A stretch of DNA of 64,000 nt from Patescibacteria group bacterium (GTDB lineage: Bacteria > Patescibacteriota > UBA1384 > XYA2-FULL-43-10 > 1-14-0-10-43-13): NCBI GenBank assembly GCA_038078835.1, contig JBBTQI010000001.1, forward strand, positions 722-64,721, read 5' to 3'. Below, one piece after another: positions 8,785 to 18,293 of the stretch. The notes beneath the pieces were generated by a model. It saw nothing but the letters and a program-made list of their open reading frames with translations, ran no database searches and was not told the origin of the DNA. How positions within the stretch are numbered: the first letter of the stretch is position 1; every line of letters begins with the position of its first letter. A program made the translations under genes and the position numbers.

Positions 8785-10224
8785 ATGGGTGAGGAAAGCA
8801 ACAAAATCGCCTCCAACACTGCGGCTCAAATTATTGGGCGGATTTTTGTGCTGGCCCTGACCCTCATCTCAATCAAGCTGATCACCAACTATCTCGGTCC
8901 GACCGGCACCGGCTATTACACCGCCATCATTACCTACCTTAGTTTCTTCATCGTCATCGCCGACTTCGGTCTCTTCTCCGTCGCCGTCCGCGAGATCTCC
9001 AAGCGGCAAAGTGAGCGGGAGAGTATTCTCCGGAACGTCTTTTTGGTTCGGCTCATTAGCGCCCTGGCCGCCACCCTTGTCGCCATCGGCGTGATCTTCC
9101 TCTCCAACTACTCCCCGGAGGTTAAATACGGCGTCTTGGCCGCCGCCCTCTTTCCGGTCTTTAATCTCATCGGCAGTGTTTACGATATGATCTTTCAGTC
9201 AAAGCTTATGATGCAGAAGGTTGCCATTGCCGAGGTTGCCTCCAAGGCTGTCGCGGTCACGGCCATCTATCTTGTCATTCTGACTCAGACGGGCTTTTAC
9301 GGTATCGTCGCCACCATCTCGCTTGCCGCTCTCACCAGCTTCCTGATCAAGGCCTGGCTCTCCCGCCGCGACCTTCCCTTTGGCTTAAAATATGACCATG
9401 AATCCAGCATCAACATCATCAAAATGGCCCTGCCGCTCGGCATTGTTTTTATCGTCAATAATATTTACTTTAAGATTGATACTCTGATGCTCTTTTACTT
9501 TAAGGGGGCGGCCGATGTCGGTATTTATTCGGTCGCTTACCGGGTTTTGGAGACAACCCTCTTTGCCGGCTCCTACCTCTCAAGCTCCCTGAAACCCCTC
9601 CTGGCCACCTCGGTCGAGAATGACAAACCCAAGGCGGAGAAGGCGGTGACGCAAGCCAACATCTTTCTCCTCTTTATGGCTCTGATCATTGCCATCATCT
9701 GCATCGTCTTTCCCCGAGAGATCATTCTCTTTTTGAGCAATAGCGACTTCCTGGCCGGCGCGCCCGCTCTCGTCATCCTCGGCTTTGCCGCCGTCTTTAT
9801 CTATGTCGGCGGTCTCTTTGGCGAGGTGATGATCGCCAAAGATATGCGCCGGACGATGATTAAGGTCTCCGGTTTTATCCTCCTCTTTAATATCGGTTTA
9901 AACCTCCTCCTCATTCCTCGCTACTCTTACCTCGGGGCGGCGATCGCCACTTTGGCCTCTGAAATTATTCTCTTGGTTATTGGCTACACGGTCGCCCGCC
10001 GCGCGCTTGACATTAACTTGGACACCGGCCGGATCTCCCGCCTCCTCGCTGTGAGCGTTGTCTCGATTTTGGTCGCCCAGTATTTGAAGCATCTTGGCCT
10101 CTACTTTATTGTTAACATTACTCTGACCGCGAGCTTCTATGTCGGATTGGCCTACATTTTTGACGCCATCCCCAAGAACCTTGTCCGCGGCTATCTCAAG
10201 TCTCTCTCACTCAAATGGCAATAG
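8785..10224 (+). CDS. Polysaccharide/oligosaccharide flippase (MOP superfamily, Wzx-like)
   Basis: About 480 aa with 12-14 TM helices and Polysacc_synt-like spacing. ATG at 8785 chosen because the longer ORF start at 8716 lies in the repeat element. Confidence 0.65.
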   Translation: MGEESNKIASNTAAQIIGRIFVLALTLISIKLITNYLGPTGTGYYTAIITYLSFFIVIADFGLFSVAVREISKRQSERESILRNVFLVRLISALAATLVAIGVIFLSNYSPEVKYGVLAAALFPVFNLIGSVYDMIFQSKLMMQKVAIAEVASKAVAVTAIYLVILTQTGFYGIVATISLAALTSFLIKAWLSRRDLPFGLKYDHESSINIIKMALPLGIVFIVNNIYFKIDTLMLFYFKGAADVGIYSVAYRVLETTLFAGSYLSSSLKPLLATSVENDKPKAEKAVTQANIFLLFMALIIAIICIVFPREIILFLSNSDFLAGAPALVILGFAAVFIYVGGLFGEVMIAKDMRRTMIKVSGFILLFNIGLNLLLIPRYSYLGAAIATLASEIILLVIGYTVARRALDINLDTGRISRLLAVSVVSILVAQYLKHLGLYFIVNITLTASFYVGLAYIFDAIPKNLVRGYLKSLSLKWQ

Positions 10225-11009
10225 AACTCTCCATCATCGTCGTCCACTACAACAGCGCCGCCGAGATCGGCGCCTGTTTAGAGTCGATTGCGGCGCATCC
10301 GCCGCACTGCCGCTATGAAATTATTATTGTTGACAATGCCTCGCCGGAGCCGCCGCCGGGCGATGTTATCGACCGAATACCGGAAGCCAGAGTGATAACC
10401 GTCACGGAAAACCGCGGCTTTGGCGCCGGCAACAACGCCGGTGTCCGGGAGGCCAAGGGGGAATATCTTTTCCTCCTCAATCCCGATACGCTCATTATTG
10501 ATGACTCAATCAACAAGATGCTGGAGTTCCTTAAAAAGCGTGACGAGATCGGCGCGCTAACCTGCTTCCAATACGATGAGGACCAAAAAACTCTCCAAAC
10601 CTTCTTCTTTGGCGATTTCCAAACACTAACACCCCTGATCTTTAAGCGCGGTTTTAAACCAAGAATTGATCTTTCTCGAGAGTATGTGCCGGCCGAAATG
10701 GTCACCGGCGCCGCCCTAATGATCAAGACTGATGTCTATCAAAAGATCGGCGGCTTTGACGAGAAATTTTTTATGTATTTTGAGGATGACGATCTCTGTC
10801 GCCGTCTGGTTGAGGCGGGCTACCAAAATGCCGTTTTAACGGCGGCGCGAATCGTCCACTTGGGCGGCAAAAGCGCTAAAAGCACCCGGCAGAAAAAACT
10901 GTACTATTATGCCAGCCAGAACCGCTACTGGCAGAAACACAACGGCGCGATCCCGACTTTAATTATGCGCCTCCTCCGCTGGCCCTACAAGCTCCGGCAA
11001 ACCCGATAA
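10215..11009 (+). CDS. Glycosyltransferase family 2
   Basis: MAIELSIIVVHYNSAAEIGACLESI...LLNPDT, GT2 DxD-type N-domain. ATGGCAATAG start/stop overlap with the flippase gene. Confidence 0.8.
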   Translation: MAIELSIIVVHYNSAAEIGACLESIAAHPPHCRYEIIIVDNASPEPPPGDVIDRIPEARVITVTENRGFGAGNNAGVREAKGEYLFLLNPDTLIIDDSINKMLEFLKKRDEIGALTCFQYDEDQKTLQTFFFGDFQTLTPLIFKRGFKPRIDLSREYVPAEMVTGAALMIKTDVYQKIGGFDEKFFMYFEDDDLCRRLVEAGYQNAVLTAARIVHLGGKSAKSTRQKKLYYYASQNRYWQKHNGAIPTLIMRLLRWPYKLRQTR

Positions 11010-11045
11010 TTTCTTCTCCTGCTTGCGATTCTTCATTACTCCGAT

Positions 11046-11083
11046 TTGACGCGATCGTTTAAAATCGGAGTAATAGGACTAAT
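11046..11083 (+). promoter_or_regulatory. Perfect 12-bp stem hairpin (TTACTCCGATTT / AAATCGGAGTAA) between GT2 and the next gene
   Basis: Inverted repeat with a 14-nt loop. Not followed by a clear U-tract, so it could be an attenuator or a processing site rather than a terminator. Confidence 0.35.
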
Positions 11084-11142
11084 CCGGTTCGACAGCGGGG
11101 AGCGGTTTTTGATATGATGCGAGTCGAATATCGAAGGATGAT

Positions 11143-12309
11143 ATGAAACAAAAGCGAACGGCGCCAATTTGGCTTAAAGTTCTAATCATCTTCCTTGCTT
11201 GGAAGGTTTTATTGCTGTTTGCCGTGATCATTTCGGTCACTGAGGTTCTGCAAATCAAAAATCCGGAGAAACAACCCAAGATCAACGCTCCGATCTTTAT
11301 CCAGGCTGCGGTCAAGTGGGACGCCGGCTACTATTTAAAGATTGCCGAGGAGGGCTATGGTAGTGAACTCAATTCCAAGCCGGCCTTCTTCCCTCTCTTT
11401 CCACTACTTTTAAAAACCGGCACCAGCTTAACTGGGATGCAGCCGGCGACCGTCGGGCTTATTATCAATACCTTCGCCGCTTACTTTGCTTGCCTCTTTC
11501 TCTATCTCCTGGCCATTGAATACTTTAGTCAAGATAAAGAGAGCGCCAACCGAACGCTTCTCCTCTTTCTCTTCTTCCCGATGTCCTTCTTTCTGACCGC
11601 CCTCTATACCGAGGCGCTAACCTGTGCCCTGACCTTTGGCGCTTTTTACTATGCCAAAAAACAACGCTGGGCTTTGGCTAACTTTCTGCTTTTACCCTTA
11701 ACCGCCCTCCGTCTGCCTGGTTTGATCGCGGCCGGGGCTATTTTTACCGAATATCTATCCTCTCAACACTTCAGTTTAAAAAAAATAGACCGCCGGATTG
11801 GCTGGTTTATTCTCGCCCCGCTTGGCCTTATCGGTTATATGACCTACCTTTATTTTCACTTTGGCGATGCTCTGGCTTTTCTCCACGCTTATAATTACGA
11901 GTGGGAGTACTATCAGCGGAACTTTAATATTCTGGCCACCGTCTGGCGGGAGACCGCTAAAATTGGCTCGCTCCTTTTGGCCGGACCGGCCGGACTCAAT
12001 GAGAACTTAACCAATGAGCTCATCTACTTTATTCCCTGGGTGGCAACATTCGTTCTGGGAATCATCGGCCTCAAAAAAATGCCGGCAAGCTATTCGGTTC
12101 TGACTTTTTTGACGCTTTTTCTTGTCTCCAGCTCCAGCCACTTTGTCGCCGTTGGCCGCTACGTTCTGCCTCTTTTCCCGAATTATCTGATCTTGACAGA
12201 TCTCCTACGTTTCCGCTCACCCGCCCTCTTTGGCGCTATTTTAGCCGCCTCGGCGATCCTGCTAGGAATCTTCCTCCTTCTCTTTAGCAACGGTTACTGG
12301 GTCTCTTAA
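11143..12309 (+). CDS. GT-C fold membrane glycosyltransferase, PIG-V/GT76-like (mannosyltransferase-like)
   Basis: 388 aa polytopic protein with WDAGYYLKIAEEGYG ... FFPLFPLLLK, reminiscent of the PIG-V / DUF2029-type GT-C families. Confidence 0.45.
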   Translation: MKQKRTAPIWLKVLIIFLAWKVLLLFAVIISVTEVLQIKNPEKQPKINAPIFIQAAVKWDAGYYLKIAEEGYGSELNSKPAFFPLFPLLLKTGTSLTGMQPATVGLIINTFAAYFACLFLYLLAIEYFSQDKESANRTLLLFLFFPMSFFLTALYTEALTCALTFGAFYYAKKQRWALANFLLLPLTALRLPGLIAAGAIFTEYLSSQHFSLKKIDRRIGWFILAPLGLIGYMTYLYFHFGDALAFLHAYNYEWEYYQRNFNILATVWRETAKIGSLLLAGPAGLNENLTNELIYFIPWVATFVLGIIGLKKMPASYSVLTFLTLFLVSSSSHFVAVGRYVLPLFPNYLILTDLLRFRSPALFGAILAASAILLGIFLLLFSNGYWVS

Positions 12310-13083
12310 TAGATCTCGAACCCGGCAAAACTGATCGGGGCCAAAAGTGTTGATGAGACGCTCGACATCGGCCAGAAGGGGCGGTCCGGTCTGGATATTG
12401 TAATAGAATGGAACATGGCGGCTCCGCATTGGGATAAACTCCCAGGAGTGGAAATAAAGAACGGGCGTAACCCCCTGCGCCAAGAGCCAGCGGCAAGCGC
12501 CGATGGTTCGCCGCACCCCCAAGACGCGGGTAAAGAGCCAGCTAATCGGCAGGCGATGACGGCTGACGGCAACCGGAATCTCGACGATCAAATGATGCGG
12601 GAGCGGCCGGAAGGGAGCCAGGGGTGAGCAGGCATGATTGTAAAATCCGGGCAGATAGGCCGGATGGAGCGAACTGTCGTAAGCAAAACCGAATTTGTCC
12701 AAGATCTCCAAAAGCTGAGTTGAATACTGCATCTGCGGCGAGCGGAAACCCAATATCTTTGTGCCGACAACCCTCTCCAGTGTCTGTTTGGCCAATTTAA
12801 TATCCGCCGCCAGATCCAGTTCTGCGTTGCCGCGATAATAGTGGCTGTGGCCATGGCAGGCGATCTCGTGTCCCGCCCCGGCGATCTTCCTCACCTGAGC
12901 CGGCTCCCCTAGAGCATAATCACCGGTGACAAAAAAAGTCGCCGGCACCTTCGTCGACCTCAATAAGCGCAAGAGTCGGATATTGCCCTCTCTGCTTTGC
13001 CGGGTTTCGCCATTCTCCGGCACATCGTGTCCCTCAAGCAGGGGACAATTCCATTGTTCGCAGTCAATCGTTAAAGCGATCAT
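12262..13083 (-). CDS. Polysaccharide deacetylase (CE4 family)
   Basis: MIALTIDCEQW, TFFVTG and HGHSHY resemble the CE4 motifs (TFDDG-like, HxxxH). Confidence 0.7.
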   Translation of the reverse strand: MIALTIDCEQWNCPLLEGHDVPENGETRQSREGNIRLLRLLRSTKVPATFFVTGDYALGEPAQVRKIAGAGHEIACHGHSHYYRGNAELDLAADIKLAKQTLERVVGTKILGFRSPQMQYSTQLLEILDKFGFAYDSSLHPAYLPGFYNHACSPLAPFRPLPHHLIVEIPVAVSRHRLPISWLFTRVLGVRRTIGACRWLLAQGVTPVLYFHSWEFIPMRSRHVPFYYNIQTGPPLLADVERLINTFGPDQFCRVRDLLRDPVTVAKEKEEDS

Positions 13084-13901
13084 CGAGCCAGAGCCTCCTC
13101 CAAACTCTCTTCCACCAATGGGATAGCCGGGTCGGCTGAAGTTTTAAGCAAGCGGTGCCGCCGCCAACGCAGGATTAAACAGTCTTTGAGCGTTCGGAGG
13201 GCTAATCTGAGCGAGGATTTGGATGCGCCCGCCAGCCGATCACAAACTTTAATCGGCATCGTTTTGATCGGGTAGCCCATCAAAGCAAAACCGATGAGCG
13301 TCTCCAGCTCAATCATGCCGTAATTGAGAGTAAAGTTAATGTTGCGCAAATCCGCCCGCGCCATCAGCTTTAAGGAGTTGGCATCGGCGGTCTTCAAACC
13401 AAAGAGGAGAGAAACATAAGCGTTGTAGGCCCGGGATTGCCAGCGGCGAAAGACCGAATAATACTTGTTTTGGGGCAAGCCGATAAGAAAGCGCAAATTC
13501 TCCCGCGTCGCCCGGTCATACATCCGCTTTAGGTCAGCCGGGCGATACTGGAGATCGGCGTCGAGGAAAGAGACGTAGTCCTTGGCGGCGGTGGCAAAGC
13601 CGGTCCGGATAGCGTGGGAGTAGCCGCGATTGGGCGAGTAGTAGAGATAGCGTACCGCCGGAAAGTGTGACAGAGTTTCGAGCATCAACCGATGGGTCCG
13701 GTCGGTACTGCCGTCATTGACGACGATAACCTCAAAATCACTGCCGGCAAATGTCCGACAGGTCTGCTTTAAGCACGGAAGGATACACTCCTCCTCATTA
13801 TAGACGGGAATGACGATTGATAGCCCCACCAGACCTCCGTTTCTTGGAACAATAACCAAGATACAAGAAACAACAATCACTAAGATGTAATAATCAAACA
13901 A
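13080..13901 (-). CDS. Glycosyltransferase family 2 (polyprenyl-phosphate sugar synthase, DPM1-like)
   Basis: LSIVIPVYNEEECI...VIVVNDGSTDRT...FLDADLQY. N-terminal start is uncertain. Confidence 0.75.
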   Translation of the reverse strand: MFDYYILVIVVSCILVIVPRNGGLVGLSIVIPVYNEEECILPCLKQTCRTFAGSDFEVIVVNDGSTDRTHRLMLETLSHFPAVRYLYYSPNRGYSHAIRTGFATAAKDYVSFLDADLQYRPADLKRMYDRATRENLRFLIGLPQNKYYSVFRRWQSRAYNAYVSLLFGLKTADANSLKLMARADLRNINFTLNYGMIELETLIGFALMGYPIKTMPIKVCDRLAGASKSSLRLALRTLKDCLILRWRRHRLLKTSADPAIPLVEESLEEALAR

Positions 13902-14070
13902 TAGTTTGTTGGCAAGTTAACAAGCCTGCTAATCTCGACGTGATTCTTCCGTCATTATAGATCAATTTTTCAGTTCAGCCAAAAGTGTCAAGCCAAGTAA
14001 TATTTCTCTCCCCCTGCTCAGCCAGTTTAATATCCTTAACTTTATAATCCATACTGCCTTCCTTCTTTGC

Positions 14071-16326
14071 TTACTTGCTGTCTTGCTTACTTGCCTGCTC
14101 CTCGGAGCCTTGGCGCAGTGGGGCTGTCTTGCTGACAAAAACGATGTCGGCAATCGCATTTTCCCCGGCGACATTGATGATTTTGATCTCGTCGTCCGCT
14201 TTAATATCGATATCGCCCAGCTTGCGCCAAACAAACTTTTCCACTCCAACATCCTTGTCAACTTGGAACTTGTCACCCTTCGGGTGATCGCCCGCAGGGC
14301 GAAAAACTGAAAACTGGAAACTTCCTGACGAGCCTCCGACAAGGTGGCGAATCCAGAGCTCATAGGAGCCGCTCTCAGTCGCTTTTCCTGACAGAACGCT
14401 CTCCGGCTTGTCGGTGTAGATAAAATCCTGCCGCAGTTGGGTAAAGAGGTGTTTGCGCCAGAAATCATACCGTCCCCGACTCCAACCATCTTCATAGTAG
14501 GCAAACCCCCTTGCCCACTCCGTTATCGGCAATTGTTTAATTGCCTTATTGCCCCACTGTCCCCTTGCCGAATTGCCAATTTTGGTTATTCGATCATTGG
14601 AATTTATTTGGGATTTGTTGTTTGGATTTTGGAATTTGAAAATATGGATATTTTCCCCGAACCTCTTTGTTTCCACCAATCCCTCCTTTGATCTCACCAA
14701 TGCCAGAAGATCGGTCTGATTCCACTTTTTGACGATAACCGGATCGGTCTCTCGCCAAAGATTGGAGGCTTGAGCAAAGCGGCTCTCCGTATCCAGACGA
14801 AGAATGACGCAATCAACGCCGCCCTCTGCCAGCAGAGAGGCAAATTCGCCCTGATCATGCTTTTCGTAAAATTGCGACACTAATTCATTGCGATAGAACC
14901 GCTCGGCCGTCGGCAAAAAAGAGAAGGTCGCGCCATCGTCAAGGCGCGGCACACCCAGCGCCAGAGCCAAGAGATCGGAGTTGGCCGCATCGCGAAATTC
15001 GGCCCGCTCATCTTTAAAGTAGACAAAGCCCAGTCCCGGCGGATAATAGGCCTTTTGACACACACCGCTATCAGCCAGATAATTTTTCAGTTCCCGATAC
15101 TCCGCCGGCACTTTGGTGAGCGGCAGGTAACCGGCATAGTCAAACGTTAAATAGGGCGCGATGATAAATAAGGCGCTGCCGGCAAGCAAGGTCTTAAGGC
15201 CGGAGGCTAAAGGCCGGAGGCTAAAGGCCGATAAGCAAGCGAAAAGATAATCCAAGCCAAAGGCAAAGAGAATAATGGCGGCGGCCGCGACAATGAATTG
15301 GAGATGATAGATCTCGCGGAAAATACCCAGCGCCGGTATCCGCTCAAACAGCGCGACAAAGATTGGCCCCAACGGTCCGCTCGGACCCTTGGGAAAGGGG
15401 GCAACCGATATTAACGTCAATATGCTGGTCAGCGCCAATTCGCGGCGGGGACGATTCCCGAGGCCGAAAAGAGCCGCCAACCAGAAGACAGCCAAACCAA
15501 AAAGATAGCGGGGATCATGCGAGAGGGCGTAAAAGAAATTATGGGTAATCTGGTGATCGGAGAAGTTCAGAAAATTCCCGGCGCTGTGGGGCATCATTCG
15601 CATATACTCCAGCGTTGTGACGGCCACTGCCCTAATCTGCTCCGCACCCTGATCATAGCTCAAAGACAAGACGAACCAGGGCAGAAGAAAGAGGACAAGA
15701 GCCGACCAAGAGAAGATCAAATTAAAGAAACGCTCTCGTCGTCGCCCGGCGGCAACGAGAAGGTTAATCATCAAAAAGAGGGTCAGAAGCAGGCCCGCCT
15801 GGACTTGGGCAAAAACAAGCGAATAAAGAAAACCCAAACCAAGATAGTGCCGCCAGTTTTTTTTCTTGATATTAAAATAAAGGTGGAGAAAAAAGGGCAA
15901 GGCGGCGAAGGCCAAAAGCGACCAGCGGAAACCAACAATTGTTCGGACAAAAAGATAAGGATTAAAGGCGTAAACCAGAGCCGAAATCGTGGCAGCGAGC
16001 CGGTTTACGCCTTGCGACTTAGCGAAAAGAAAAAACCCGGCGGCGGCCAGAGCGTGAAGAAGAATAAGAAAGAGAGCGAAACTGAACTCCGGTCGAAATA
16101 GACCCAGCGGGGCCAGAAGAATCAAGCCGTTTTTGCTGGCAAAGTCAAAGGGATTGCCGGCCCGAAAATCGCCAAACTCCCGCCAAAGATTTCTCATATC
16201 CAGAAGCGGCCAATCCCAATCATAACGAAGGGGCAGGCCGTCTGATCGCAAATGCGATAAAACCAAAACAGCAAGCATCAATAAAGATACCGCAATCACT
16301 TGTTTTGATTTGATTATGTTAAACAT
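14071..16326 (-). CDS. Large GT-C fold membrane protein (YfhO/ArnT-like) with C-terminal extracytoplasmic domain
   Basis: 751 aa with an about 12-TM N-terminal region and a soluble C-terminal domain. Carries in-frame repeat insertions at 14581-14645 and 15193-15236. Confidence 0.55.
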   Translation of the reverse strand: MFNIIKSKQVIAVSLLMLAVLVLSHLRSDGLPLRYDWDWPLLDMRNLWREFGDFRAGNPFDFASKNGLILLAPLGLFRPEFSFALFLILLHALAAAGFFLFAKSQGVNRLAATISALVYAFNPYLFVRTIVGFRWSLLAFAALPFFLHLYFNIKKKNWRHYLGLGFLYSLVFAQVQAGLLLTLFLMINLLVAAGRRRERFFNLIFSWSALVLFLLPWFVLSLSYDQGAEQIRAVAVTTLEYMRMMPHSAGNFLNFSDHQITHNFFYALSHDPRYLFGLAVFWLAALFGLGNRPRRELALTSILTLISVAPFPKGPSGPLGPIFVALFERIPALGIFREIYHLQFIVAAAAIILFAFGLDYLFACLSAFSLRPLASGLKTLLAGSALFIIAPYLTFDYAGYLPLTKVPAEYRELKNYLADSGVCQKAYYPPGLGFVYFKDERAEFRDAANSDLLALALGVPRLDDGATFSFLPTAERFYRNELVSQFYEKHDQGEFASLLAEGGVDCVILRLDTESRFAQASNLWRETDPVIVKKWNQTDLLALVRSKEGLVETKRFGENIHIFKFQNPNNKSQINSNDRITKIGNSARGQWGNKAIKQLPITEWARGFAYYEDGWSRGRYDFWRKHLFTQLRQDFIYTDKPESVLSGKATESGSYELWIRHLVGGSSGSFQFSVFRPAGDHPKGDKFQVDKDVGVEKFVWRKLGDIDIKADDEIKIINVAGENAIADIVFVSKTAPLRQGSEEQASKQDSK
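14581..14645. repeat. CAAAT-family element copy inside CDS (in-frame, encodes FKFQNPNNKSQINSNDRITKIG)
   Basis: ttggaatttatttgggatttgttgtttggattttggaatttg. Same orientation relative to the coding strand as the other intragenic copies. Confidence 0.55.
15193..15236. repeat. GGCC-type 13-mer tandem repeat (AAGGCCGGAGGCT x about 2.7) inside CDS
   Basis: cttaaggccggaggctaaaggccggaggctaaaggccg. In-frame, encodes ...SAFSLRPLASGLK.... Related copies at 1-45 and 57326-57390. Confidence 0.6.
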
Positions 16327-16694
16327 TAATCGCTCGGGGCGGCGCCGGACCTGCCGTCTTTTTCCCGTCGCAGCTCAACCAATGCCATTACTACAGCCAG
16401 GATCAAAAAATAATAGGTATAAATGGCAAACTTCTCGGCATAATCTTCTTTGCCCATTATCAACAAAACCGGCACCAAACAAAGGAAATACAGCGCGACT
16501 TTGGCGTATCGGGAGCTTGACCAAGGATTCAATATCGCCCAAATAATAAAAGCCAGGCCGGCGATATTATCTATCGACCAATTAAAATCAATACCAATTA
16601 AAATACCGATTGTGACAAACAAAAGATCAAGGTACGGCTTTGGCAGATACCGGCGATATAACTGAATTAACTTTTGCTTGATTTCCGGCAGCAT
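16326..16694 (-). CDS. Small (122 aa) 3-4 TM membrane protein, paralog of 20889..21272
   Basis: LNPWSSSRYAKVALYFLCL aligns with LNPIRSELLLKVALALMAL in the 127 aa paralog. Function unknown. Confidence 0.5.
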   Translation of the reverse strand: MLPEIKQKLIQLYRRYLPKPYLDLLFVTIGILIGIDFNWSIDNIAGLAFIIWAILNPWSSSRYAKVALYFLCLVPVLLIMGKEDYAEKFAIYTYYFLILAVVMALVELRREKDGRSGAAPSD

Positions 16695-16703
16695 CTCAAT
16701 TTT

Positions 16704-18293
16704 TTATCTCATGATCAAATCCCCTTCTAATCTCAAACTCGTCAGACCGCAAGAACCCGCCTTTGACTCCGGATAGCACTCGGCCTTTAAAAAGACAACC
16801 GACGCTTGACCATTAATCTTTATTTGTTCCTCGAACTTACCCGGAATCTCCTCTCCCTCATCGTCAAGCCTATGAGCCAGCACTCGCCAATCTTTATTGT
16901 CCAGAGAATAAAACAGTCTGACTTTCTCTTCTTTGCTTTGACTGCCATCTGCTTCAACTCTTAAGCGCTTAGCTGGATAGAGTGTGTTGACTCTAATCCG
17001 ATACGACTTGCCCTTTTTAACGCCCACTATGCCGTTTTGGCGGTTAAAGGTGTAAAACACATCGTTACTATCACGATCTTCCGGTATTATACTTAAAAAG
17101 TCGGCATAATTTCCCTGCGTTTGGTAAAAATATCTTCCTTCTCCTTGGCCAAAATCTTCAACTCTGGCTCCGTTTAATAATTCGGGGTCGCCCGATTGGC
17201 GGCGAAGGAGATGCAACTTAAAGTAAAAATCACCCAGCTCCTCCCCGCTTCCGTCAGCCAAGCGCTTTGCCCCCTGGCCGTCGGCATAATCTCCGCCCCT
17301 CCTTGAACCATGAATAGACAAATAGCTCCAAGGAGTCACCTTGGCATTAGCGGCATCAATACCGATAAAATAATACTTGTCCCGCTCCAGATTATAGCTC
17401 AAAGGTAAACGATACACCCCGCTCCCGTTCTCCTCTTCGTAGTACTTGAGGCTCTTTAAATTAAAGAAGTACTGGGTGAGAACCTTCGGCTTCATTATAA
17501 AACGGCCATCAACATACTCCGCCTCGTTTAATTGCAAAACATAATTGTCCTCGCTTTGGCCGCGATAGGATAGTTTCAGGCTAATGCCAGTCAGTATCCC
17601 ATCGCTCACCTTAAAGGTCTGGCCGGCGACCCGGCGGCTACGCCAGAAGCGGTAAAGGGAAGCAAGATTCTTGGGCTCGACCGGAGCGATTAACTCGTAA
17701 TTGTAAAGATTGTTTTCCAGATACGGCTTCAATTTTTCGGCTTCCTCCAGCGAGGATGTCTCCAGTTTGACGAGGTGAAAATTTCTTAAAAATACCCTGT
17801 TGTCATCATAATTTTCTGCTCGCCTAATCATGATATTTTGATAGTTATCATCGGTTTGGAAGTAGAGTTCATGCCGGCTGTAAAACGGCTGATTCTTGCC
17901 GACTATCTCGCCAATCTTTTGCTGGCCATTAAACTTTGAGTCGGTCAGTATCTCCAAAGGAGAATCATCCAGCTCCTCGGGTGAGAAAATCTCGGCATAA
18001 GACACTCTCTCAAAAAAATCTTCTGGGTACAACATTCCGTTTGGACGAACTTTTAAATCAAAGACTAATCGATATGTTTCCCCGGCGCCACTACCAATAA
18101 CGTTAATGAATTTATAATCATTTTTTGCGCTATCAAGAACAAGGTTTCCGTCCCCGAATAACTGTTTCGACGAGGCGATATTGACTTTGGGACGATCATA
18201 AAAAACAACCGTTGACAACAAGATAGCGATCACTAATAAATAGCGGCCGTTTCCTTTTATCGCTTTTACAACAAAATCATATCTGCTCTTCAT
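16704..18293 (-). CDS. Signal-anchored secreted protein (529 aa), paralog of 21279..22874, function unknown
   Basis: N-terminal TM/signal anchor then a Y/N/D/G-rich beta-type extracytoplasmic domain. Shares the motif RLVFDLKVRP versus RLLFDLEAVP with its paralog. Confidence 0.5.
   Translation of the reverse strand: MKSRYDFVVKAIKGNGRYLLVIAILLSTVVFYDRPKVNIASSKQLFGDGNLVLDSAKNDYKFINVIGSGAGETYRLVFDLKVRPNGMLYPEDFFERVSYAEIFSPEELDDSPLEILTDSKFNGQQKIGEIVGKNQPFYSRHELYFQTDDNYQNIMIRRAENYDDNRVFLRNFHLVKLETSSLEEAEKLKPYLENNLYNYELIAPVEPKNLASLYRFWRSRRVAGQTFKVSDGILTGISLKLSYRGQSEDNYVLQLNEAEYVDGRFIMKPKVLTQYFFNLKSLKYYEEENGSGVYRLPLSYNLERDKYYFIGIDAANAKVTPWSYLSIHGSRRGGDYADGQGAKRLADGSGEELGDFYFKLHLLRRQSGDPELLNGARVEDFGQGEGRYFYQTQGNYADFLSIIPEDRDSNDVFYTFNRQNGIVGVKKGKSYRIRVNTLYPAKRLRVEADGSQSKEEKVRLFYSLDNKDWRVLAHRLDDEGEEIPGKFEEQIKINGQASVVFLKAECYPESKAGSCGLTSLRLEGDLIMR

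Noticed and set aside
13962-14504. 180 aa minus-strand ORF
   Set aside because: Overlaps the C-terminal domain of the 751 aa ORF in another frame. No motif, and no independent RBS or start context.
15517-16101. 194 aa Lys/Glu-rich plus-strand ORF
   Set aside because: Lies wholly antisense inside the 751 aa GT-C gene. Low-complexity K/E/Q composition consistent with the reverse frame of a Leu/Phe-rich membrane protein.
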